From Treponema sp. UBA3662 (GTDB taxonomy: Bacteria > Spirochaetota > Spirochaetia > Treponematales > Treponemataceae): a stretch of DNA of 53,258 nt. Made by a program: the position numbers and the translations under genes. The notes beneath the pieces were generated by a model, which was not told the DNA's origin, did not search any database, and worked only from the letters and a program-made list of their open reading frames with translations. The stretch covers positions 1 through 53,258 of the forward strand of contig DFJV01000142.1 in assembly GCA_002373205.1 (NCBI GenBank). Reading direction: 5' to 3'. Shown here in pieces: positions 28,587 to 36,130 of this stretch (positions within the stretch are counted from its first letter, which is position 1; the number at the start of each line of letters is the position of its first letter).

Positions 28587-29955
28587 AGCAAAAAGAACTC
28601 TGGCTTTTATTTTTGCAGCTGCAATCATAGCCCTGCAATTTTTTACAGGATGTTCCTCTTCACAGCAGGAAGAAAGGGGCGACGGAAAAACATACGCAGT
28701 CTGGTTCTCCTACCTTGAATACGAAGAGCTTTGTTCCGGCATGAGCAAAAAAGAATTTACGGAATTTGCAAAAGAGTGTGCCGCAAACCTTAGCAAAGCA
28801 GGCTTCAACACAATATACATACAGGCTGTTGCGTTTACGGATGCGCTCTATTCGTCTTCCGTCTATCCCCCTTCAAAGCATCTGCCCGGCGGAATTGCCA
28901 CTTCTGCAAAAGACTCCTCGCCAAGGGAAAGGGACAGCGGAATACACACAGGCGTTGGCATTGGAATTGGATTTGGAAAGGGCGGCTGGACAAGAACCGG
29001 AGTGGAAGTTAGCATTGGAATGGAAGGAAGGGCCGGAAACTACCCGGAAGAAGAAGAAAGTTCATGGGCAAAGGCAAGCTATGACCCGCTAAAAATTCTT
29101 GTAACACAGATGAAGAAAAAAAACATCCGCACAGAAGCATGGATTAACCCAATGCGGTCTGTAAAAGAAGAAGAACTTGAATCCTTGCCAGATGATTTTA
29201 TAGTAAAAAAATGGGCAAAGCAAAAGAAAGGCAGGGCATTCTTGCACCAGGGACGCTGGTACCTTAACCCATATTATCCCGAAGTGCTTCGCCTAATCAC
29301 AAAATGCGTAGGCGAGCTTGTTCAGAATTACGACATAGACGGAATCCACATAGACGACTATTTTTACCCAGCTTCCCTTCCGGAAGAAATTGACGCGGAG
29401 GAATTTGAAAAGGAAAGGCAAAAGCATCCAAAGCTTACCCTAAAACAGTTCCGCACGGTAAACGTAGACGCAATGGTAAGGCAAATTTATGCAGCGGTAA
29501 AAAAGACAAACCCAGAACTTACATTCGGCATATCCCCTTCCGGAAACATTCAGACCTGTAGGAATGCCATGTTTGCAGACCCGGCACACTGGGCAAAGCA
29601 GGGAAGTGTTGACTATCTTGCACCGCAAATCTACTGGGGCTTTTTGCACCCGGCAAAACCGTTTGTACAAACCCTTAATGAATGGAAGCAGATAACCGCC
29701 GGCACAAACGTAAAGCTGGTTGCAGGACTTGCCGCATACAAGACAGGTTCTGCCCAAAGCACGAACAATGCAGATGCAGATGAAGAGTGGCAGAAGAACA
29801 GCCGCATCTTGGCAGACCAAACCTTGGCAGCAATAAAGGCAGACTACGAAGGAATTGCCTGCTTCCGCTACGCAAGCCTTTTCTCCCCTTCCCCAGTGAA
29901 TTCTTCACATGCAGAAAAAGAACTTGCCGCCTTGGAAGCTATCATGAACAGATAG
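28579..29955 (+). CDS. GHL10/DUF187 (YddW/DigH-like) glycosyl hydrolase lipoprotein
   Basis: FTG-C lipobox; GFNTIYIQ, DPLKIL, EAWINP, YDIDGIHIDDYFYP, FGISPSG and DYLAPQIYW. Confidence 0.88.
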   Translation: MNKAKRTLAFIFAAAIIALQFFTGCSSSQQEERGDGKTYAVWFSYLEYEELCSGMSKKEFTEFAKECAANLSKAGFNTIYIQAVAFTDALYSSSVYPPSKHLPGGIATSAKDSSPRERDSGIHTGVGIGIGFGKGGWTRTGVEVSIGMEGRAGNYPEEEESSWAKASYDPLKILVTQMKKKNIRTEAWINPMRSVKEEELESLPDDFIVKKWAKQKKGRAFLHQGRWYLNPYYPEVLRLITKCVGELVQNYDIDGIHIDDYFYPASLPEEIDAEEFEKERQKHPKLTLKQFRTVNVDAMVRQIYAAVKKTNPELTFGISPSGNIQTCRNAMFADPAHWAKQGSVDYLAPQIYWGFLHPAKPFVQTLNEWKQITAGTNVKLVAGLAAYKTGSAQSTNNADADEEWQKNSRILADQTLAAIKADYEGIACFRYASLFSPSPVNSSHAEKELAALEAIMNR

Positions 29956-29964
29956 ACTCTAAAT

Positions 29965-30480
29965 TTAATCCTGAAAGCCAACAAGGGAGGCACTTTCCAA
30001 ATTACCCTTAAAGTCAGAATAAACCTGAACAAAGTCACAGCCGCGTATATGCTCCTCTGTAACAAGGGAATAGACTATATTTGCATCCTTGGCCTTTTCT
30101 TCCTGATAATATGAGATGCAATAGACGCGTCCTGTATTCAGGATTACATTTTCGTACTTACCTTCCGCCGCATTCTTGGCCGCATAGGAAATAATATTTT
30201 TTTCTGCATCCGGCAAGTTTGAATAAAATTTCTGGAGCAGTACAAGCATTTTTTCCACGTCCTTTTTACCGACAGAGCCCGGCGTAAACATCGCAAAAAG
30301 AGCAGCCTCTTTTCCGTTCCGCTCAAAAATGTAATTGTAGCCCCAGGTTTCCTCGCCACTTCCACAGCTTTTAAAAGTTCCAAGCGGAGTCTCTATGGAC
30401 GCAGGAAGATTTGTGTCTTTTGAACATGCTGCAAGTGCAAAAAGAAAGAAGGCTATAAAAAGGCAAGTTTTTATTTTCAT
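29965..30480 (-). CDS. Hypothetical lipoprotein
   Basis: GGAGG RBS; MKIKTCLFIAFFLFALAA-C lipobox. Confidence 0.7.
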   Translation of the reverse strand: MKIKTCLFIAFFLFALAACSKDTNLPASIETPLGTFKSCGSGEETWGYNYIFERNGKEAALFAMFTPGSVGKKDVEKMLVLLQKFYSNLPDAEKNIISYAAKNAAEGKYENVILNTGRVYCISYYQEEKAKDANIVYSLVTEEHIRGCDFVQVYSDFKGNLESASLVGFQD

Positions 30481-30589
30481 ATTTTTATTTCCTCCCACAA
30501 AGCTCCGAACAGGAATAATAAAAGCAGTATTGCAGTCCCTTTTTTAATAGTAAGATTGCATTGTGTTTTACTGATATGTTATAAAACAA

Positions 30590-32134
30590 CTACTTATGTG
30601 CAATCTTTATTATTACAGGCAATACAACGTTCTTTTCCGGCGGAAGTGTGGTGCATGAAAAATCAATTTTGTTTTTACTGAATGACACATCATTCAAAGG
30701 AATGACATTGTCTTTGCCGATTGCATTTACAACGATATTATACACATGCGAATCTGAATCAGTATATTTTTTCGCTTGTTTTTCAAATTGCAACATAATG
30801 TCGTTAAGATTCAGTTCTTCAAGTGAATACAAAACAACAAGATAATCCGTTCCTTTCACATCGTCCAGCTGCATACTTTCTTTTTCTGACGGATAGGCAA
30901 CAGTATTTTCCGTATAATCCAGTAGTGCACTGGTATTTTCCGGTGGAAAAATGCGGTTTGTCTTTAATGTTGTATTGTCCGACGCAAATGCATAAACATA
31001 ACACGGCTTTTTGTTTGTCATAAACAGCTGAAATCGTGTAGGAAAGGCATAACTTTCTGTTGTTTCATAACAGTTGTTTTTGTATTGGACAGTCATTTGA
31101 CTATCTTTGTTATATAACGGAAGGTAAAAGTTGCCTTTGAAAATCTGCACTTTTTTGGGAGTTGGCTTAGGCTCAGGTTTTGGTTCTGGTTGGGGCTCTG
31201 GCTTTGGTTGAGGTTCAGGTTGAGGTTTTGGACGTGGCTTGGGATTATAAATTGACATAACTGACGGACTTATTTCTATTGCTTGTCTTATATACTTAGC
31301 AGCATCTCTATAGTTTACCCAAGTGTAGCCCCCATTTCCCCAATCAGTACCCCAGCTATTCTGAAACAAAAATGCACCATATCCTCTGTCTGCAGGATTC
31401 CGATGGTTATCATCATATCCGACAATTACCATTGCATGTGCACCACCCGAACTTGGAGCATTTGCATACCAATCAGCACCAGCAGAAGAAAAAGAGCGTG
31501 TTCCGTAATCAATGAAGCTAATTACAACGGGTTTCTTTTCAGAGATGCTTTTTTTTATAATTTGTATTTTTAAAGATTCTTCTGTATAAGTTTCATCATA
31601 ATAAGGAAAGAAATCATTAAACAATGCGGTATAGTTTCCAATTCTATACAATTCTGAATCATTATACATTCCGATATCAAATTTATTGAACAGTATATAT
31701 TTTTCATCTTGTGATCGTCGAGGAACGCCATGAGTATGCAACGTCTCAACTGCGGCAGCCAGCGTCATTCCATTGCCCTCGTAGTCATCCGGATTGCAAT
31801 ACCTGAAGAGATAATACGGTGAAAAAGCATAAGCAGAAGAATCATATTGACTGTTTCTTCCTTCCATAATAGATTCACAGGCTGTCATGGCTGCATAAGT
31901 TGTAGCCCATGCGACGCAGGTGCCGAATGGGCCTTGACTTTCCGGAACAGGCGTATAGTGTTTTAAATTTACGGATTCCGGCAAATATGAATAGTCCCTG
32001 GCAACAAGTTGAGCCTTTAATGGAATTTTGTTATATGCTTCTTTATCTTCAATAAGTCCTGTTGCATATTTTTTGCTATTTTTGCATGACAGCAATAAGA
32101 AACATGCCGTTAAAAACAGTACAAGTTTTTTCAT
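30590..32134 (-). CDS. Papain-like (C1) cysteine peptidase lipoprotein with Pro-rich linker and DUF4384-like C-domain
   Basis: LLS-C lipobox; QGPFGTCVAWA, GAHAMVIVGYDD and QNSWGTDWG; PKPEPQ repeats; CYVYAFASD...LDDVKGTDYLVVLYS. Confidence 0.88.
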   Translation of the reverse strand: MKKLVLFLTACFLLLSCKNSKKYATGLIEDKEAYNKIPLKAQLVARDYSYLPESVNLKHYTPVPESQGPFGTCVAWATTYAAMTACESIMEGRNSQYDSSAYAFSPYYLFRYCNPDDYEGNGMTLAAAVETLHTHGVPRRSQDEKYILFNKFDIGMYNDSELYRIGNYTALFNDFFPYYDETYTEESLKIQIIKKSISEKKPVVISFIDYGTRSFSSAGADWYANAPSSGGAHAMVIVGYDDNHRNPADRGYGAFLFQNSWGTDWGNGGYTWVNYRDAAKYIRQAIEISPSVMSIYNPKPRPKPQPEPQPKPEPQPEPKPEPKPTPKKVQIFKGNFYLPLYNKDSQMTVQYKNNCYETTESYAFPTRFQLFMTNKKPCYVYAFASDNTTLKTNRIFPPENTSALLDYTENTVAYPSEKESMQLDDVKGTDYLVVLYSLEELNLNDIMLQFEKQAKKYTDSDSHVYNIVVNAIGKDNVIPLNDVSFSKNKIDFSCTTLPPEKNVVLPVIIKIAHK

Positions 32135-33822
32135 ATATTGCGCACTCCCCTGAATCCTACGCTGTCGCTTTTAAAATCACGAACCGCATACAAGCGGCTT
32201 GATTTTTTACAGTATCGTTTTGAACAATCCCATGCACCGCCCTTTAAAATATGTTTCCCCATAATACTGTCGGAACACCATTCCCAGACAAGCCCATATA
32301 CATCATACAGTCCGATTTTTGAACAAGATTTTTTGCCACACGGCTTACATGTGTCAGATGAATTTTCTTCAAACCATGTTTCTGCGTATAAATTGGGATT
32401 TGAACCTGCAAATTTAATCCATTCGCGTTCTGTCGGAAGCCTCCAACCGTTTTTAGAAAAATCAATTTTTATATTATCCAAATCAGATAAGTCATAAACC
32501 GGCTCAAGGCTTTCTTTCTTGCTCAGCTCATTAAAGAATTGAACGGCATCAATCCATGATATTTCAGTAACAGGAAAATCATTTTCATTGGCAGACTCAT
32601 CTTTCGCAGAACAAGTCGGATTAGCGCCGTTGCATACAGCTTTATATTGCGCGACGGTAACGGGAGTTTTTGCAACATACAGCAGTTCATTGACTTTTAC
32701 AGAAGGGAGAATAAAGTTTGCAAGCTTTTCTTTTTCCTGCTCAAGAAGCTGCCGTTTTTCTTCCTCATTCTGTTTTTTCAGTTCTTTTTTATTTTCAATA
32801 CGCCTTTTCTTTTCAAGAATAAATGTCTCGACAGATTTTTTTACAGAAACGTTTCTTTCTTTTATAATAGCAAATGATTTTTTTGAGCCGTAACTTATTC
32901 TGTTTTTCGTGATAATAAGAAGTTGACGTCCCTTATCCGTAAAGATTATAAAGCAGCAAAGCATGATAATAAGGAAAACGATGAAAAATCCGATGCACAG
33001 GTATATAACATTTGTATTCAGAGTTTTATCATCTGTATAATGTTCTTTCTTTTTGTCAGGAGTAGATTTTCCACCGTTTAGATAGATTTCATCCATTGAA
33101 ACTTCAATGATGTCAGGCACCTGCTCACCGTTTGTAGCTGTACTGACGTCTTTTCTTACAGCTTGAATAACTTCATAAAAGCTTTTGCCACTTTCTGTTA
33201 TATGATTCAATAGTGCTTGTGTAAAAGGAGAATGGTCGCTATTACCATCGTCAGCAGTTTTGCCGGAACCACAAGCACATACGACAGTACGGTGTGTAAC
33301 GCTAGAATTATTTACAACGTGAATTCCGCGTAATTCTCCGCGAACTTTTTTAAGAGGATTGTTCCGGCATGCATCAATTATGAAAACAAGCTGCCCCGAA
33401 CCTGAATAGCTTGCCGTAGAAAGAATTTCAGACAAATCCACCGCATTTCTTTTTAAATCCGACTCATCCTTTATTTTTGAAGATATAGGTAAAAGATAGT
33501 TTACACCACTTGACTCAATTCCATGACCTGAAAAATAAAACAGTCCGATATCACAGCCCTGAAGTTTTTCATAAAAACTTTTCAGTATACTATCCATTTT
33601 TTCCGTAGATGCATCTTCTTCATACAAAACTTCAAAGCCGATAGATTTTAACTTGTCGCGCATTGCCTTTGCATCACGCACAGGATTTTTCAGTTCGGAT
33701 TGAGGATATGATGCATTTCCGATTACGAGTGCCAGTTTTTTTTGATTTTCCTGAGCACCGGCAAATCCTAACTTCAAACTCAAAAATATAAAGAAGATGA
33801 TTTTAATTTTTTTTACCACCAT
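32131..33822 (-). CDS. Caspase-like (C14) peptidase - TM - coiled coil - FGE-sulfatase-like protein
   Basis: ALVIGNASY, LKNPVRDA, FYFSGHG, IIDACRNNP and SPFTQAL; TM VIYLCIGFFIVFLIIML; FGE motifs PVTEISW, WRLPTEREW, GLYDVYGLVWEW, KGGAW and VGFR. Confidence 0.9.
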   Translation of the reverse strand: MVVKKIKIIFFIFLSLKLGFAGAQENQKKLALVIGNASYPQSELKNPVRDAKAMRDKLKSIGFEVLYEEDASTEKMDSILKSFYEKLQGCDIGLFYFSGHGIESSGVNYLLPISSKIKDESDLKRNAVDLSEILSTASYSGSGQLVFIIDACRNNPLKKVRGELRGIHVVNNSSVTHRTVVCACGSGKTADDGNSDHSPFTQALLNHITESGKSFYEVIQAVRKDVSTATNGEQVPDIIEVSMDEIYLNGGKSTPDKKKEHYTDDKTLNTNVIYLCIGFFIVFLIIMLCCFIIFTDKGRQLLIITKNRISYGSKKSFAIIKERNVSVKKSVETFILEKKRRIENKKELKKQNEEEKRQLLEQEKEKLANFILPSVKVNELLYVAKTPVTVAQYKAVCNGANPTCSAKDESANENDFPVTEISWIDAVQFFNELSKKESLEPVYDLSDLDNIKIDFSKNGWRLPTEREWIKFAGSNPNLYAETWFEENSSDTCKPCGKKSCSKIGLYDVYGLVWEWCSDSIMGKHILKGGAWDCSKRYCKKSSRLYAVRDFKSDSVGFRGVRNI

Positions 33823-35540
33823 GAATAATATCCTCCGTACTGGTTGTACAATCTATCATACGCCTCTTTTGCACCACTTCTGGCATTGGCACCGGTCGAA
33901 GCCTTTTCATAATAATTCATTGCTCCATAAACATCTTGATAACAGCCCCATCCGTTTTCATAACACTGTCCCAATGCATAACAAGCATCGCAGTATTCAC
34001 GGCTGTACGTGTTATTAATGTCGATAACTTTTAGGAACCAGCTGAATGCAGATGAATATTCGCTGAATATATTCCAATAAATAAGAGCTACGTTGTAGGC
34101 ACTTTTTTCTTTATTATATCCATAATCATACGCACGGCCGTAATACTTTATCGCCTCTCTGTATGCTCCATCATCAATTTTCTTCTCCCCAAGTTCATAC
34201 GAAGATTTTCCATGTCCGTCGTCAGATGCTTTTGCAAGCCACCGGACAGATTCTTCGTAAGATAAATCAGCACACCTTGCAAGATTGTACATATAATCGT
34301 TGCTTGGTTTTAGTCCAAGTTCTATTGCCCTTTGGTAATAAGAGGAAGCAAGGTTGTTATTATTGCCGTAATAATACTTGCTCAAATGATCTGCAGTCCA
34401 CTGGCGGATTGTCTTTACTTCAGTTTCAAGTTCTTTTGATTTGTTAGTGAATTTTTTATAAAGTTCTTTGTTGTCCTGTTTCTTATACCCATCCGCCTGT
34501 TCTTTCCATAAAATGATGTTCCGGTCTTCTATAGAATTCGTACTCTGATCAATCCTCAGAAGTTCATTAAGATAATCTGAACCGTTGTAATAATCTACCA
34601 GTTCCCGAGAAGCTTTGATAACGCCTTCTTCGGCGGCTTCCTGAATCCATTTTATACCGTCAATATCAGAAGAGTCTATGTACTTGAGACAGGACATTCC
34701 ATATAAAAATTTGGCTTCGGGATTTGTTATTATGTAACCGTTTTTTTCTGCCGTAACAAAATATTCGTTATGACAGAACCCTCTCAACCCATGATAATTA
34801 ACCTCATCCCATTCATCGCCACGATTTACAATCTGAACAACTTCATTTTCGTAAAGACGTATAATTTCCCGTGCATCTTTACTCGGTTCTTTTCTCATTA
34901 TAAGGCGGTCGCCATCTCCAGTATACACTTTTTCATATTTAATGGAATTACTTTCATGCTGTCTGACAAAAATCGGTATGCACGAAATAACAGCTGCGAT
35001 AAAAATACCAGCACAAAGAAAGCCGACAGCTTTTTTTGAAAATATTTTACCGATATTTGTTGTTTTTTTATTTACGATTTTGTGAATGGAAGCAGAATAA
35101 TCATTTATTGCAGCGGAACGAACCGTTGTCATTCTTACTCTTTGCAGCTTCAAGATGGAATACAGTTCTGTATCTTCAAATAATTCCGGAGATGTGTCTG
35201 AACTTTTTAAGTAAATGATTTTCAGTGAATAATCAAGCTCTGAGCTTTTTCCATTTTTGATGAATGTTTTGAGGTCATTCCATGAATGCTTTGAAAAAAG
35301 TCCTTCTTGTTTTTCTTTTGATATTGAAAAAGTATCAAAATCATGGAAATCAAAATCAGCATTTGATGTTTCTGAAATAACAGAAAAATTAACTCTTACA
35401 GATGTTTCATGGTTAAAAGCAAAATTGCGAAGATCATAGAGAGAAAGTCGCATTTGTTTCCAGAAATTAGAATTTGAAAGATATTCATCTTTATCACATA
35501 GAAAAATAACATCCTGAAAAATCATTGTGCTACCGCCCAT
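33813..35540 (-). CDS. Membrane protein with SH3b domain and Sel1-like repeats
   Basis: TM FLCAGIFIAAVISCIPIFV; LIMRKEPS...EWDEVNYHGLRGF (SH3b); WIQEAAEEG, WLAKASDDG and ACYALGQCYENGWG (Sel1). Confidence 0.82.
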   Translation of the reverse strand: MGGSTMIFQDVIFLCDKDEYLSNSNFWKQMRLSLYDLRNFAFNHETSVRVNFSVISETSNADFDFHDFDTFSISKEKQEGLFSKHSWNDLKTFIKNGKSSELDYSLKIIYLKSSDTSPELFEDTELYSILKLQRVRMTTVRSAAINDYSASIHKIVNKKTTNIGKIFSKKAVGFLCAGIFIAAVISCIPIFVRQHESNSIKYEKVYTGDGDRLIMRKEPSKDAREIIRLYENEVVQIVNRGDEWDEVNYHGLRGFCHNEYFVTAEKNGYIITNPEAKFLYGMSCLKYIDSSDIDGIKWIQEAAEEGVIKASRELVDYYNGSDYLNELLRIDQSTNSIEDRNIILWKEQADGYKKQDNKELYKKFTNKSKELETEVKTIRQWTADHLSKYYYGNNNNLASSYYQRAIELGLKPSNDYMYNLARCADLSYEESVRWLAKASDDGHGKSSYELGEKKIDDGAYREAIKYYGRAYDYGYNKEKSAYNVALIYWNIFSEYSSAFSWFLKVIDINNTYSREYCDACYALGQCYENGWGCYQDVYGAMNYYEKASTGANARSGAKEAYDRLYNQYGGYYSWW

Positions 35541-35808
35541 AAACTTGTTTTATTAATCACACAACTCTTGTAATTGAACTAATTTTTGTTGAAAAAAGTA
35601 TAAATCAAATTATTGAAAAAGTATAGTACAAATTTTCAATAATTCTAATACGAAAATGTATTAAGAAAGCACTAAAATGGAGGCGAGAATGGAAGCGCTT
35701 TCGTGTTAACATTTATATTTGCTTGCTTTCACTAAAGTTCGTCCTTGACTTCTACACTTTACAAAACAACCTGTTTGCAAAAATCAAGAATTGTGCTAGT
35801 ATTGCCCT

Positions 35809-36117
35809 ATGCCTTATGATGATTATGAAAACGAAGGTTCGCTTGCACAGAAGACTTTTCTAAAGGAACCCGATGATTATAAAGTTATTCTCTTGAACGA
35901 TGATTTTACCACAATGGAATTTGTGGTGCAGGTTTTGCAGAGTGTTTTTCATCTTGGAGCGGAAGAGGCGGAAAAGGTTATGATGAGCGTTCACAAGACC
36001 GGCAGCGGCGTTGCGGGAATTTACACTTACGACATTGCTTCCACCAGGGCGCAGATTGCAGTCCGCATGGCAAGGCAGCAGGGCTTTCCGCTTAGATGCG
36101 AGATTCAAAAGGCATAG
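35809..36117 (+). CDS. clpS: Clp protease adaptor ClpS
   Basis: YKVILLNDDFTTMEFVV, VHKTGSG and GFPLRC. Confidence 0.96.
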   Translation: MPYDDYENEGSLAQKTFLKEPDDYKVILLNDDFTTMEFVVQVLQSVFHLGAEEAEKVMMSVHKTGSGVAGIYTYDIASTRAQIAVRMARQQGFPLRCEIQKA

Positions 36118-36130
36118 GAGCCGGTAAAAG

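Noticed and set aside
31160-31245. PKPEPQ repeat as a separate element
   Set aside because: Ordinary Pro-rich linker inside the C1 peptidase
32131-32300. DGR variable region at the FGE C-terminus (..VGFRGVR)
   Set aside because: No template repeat, reverse transcriptase or avd seen in the window; a remote DGR cannot be excluded
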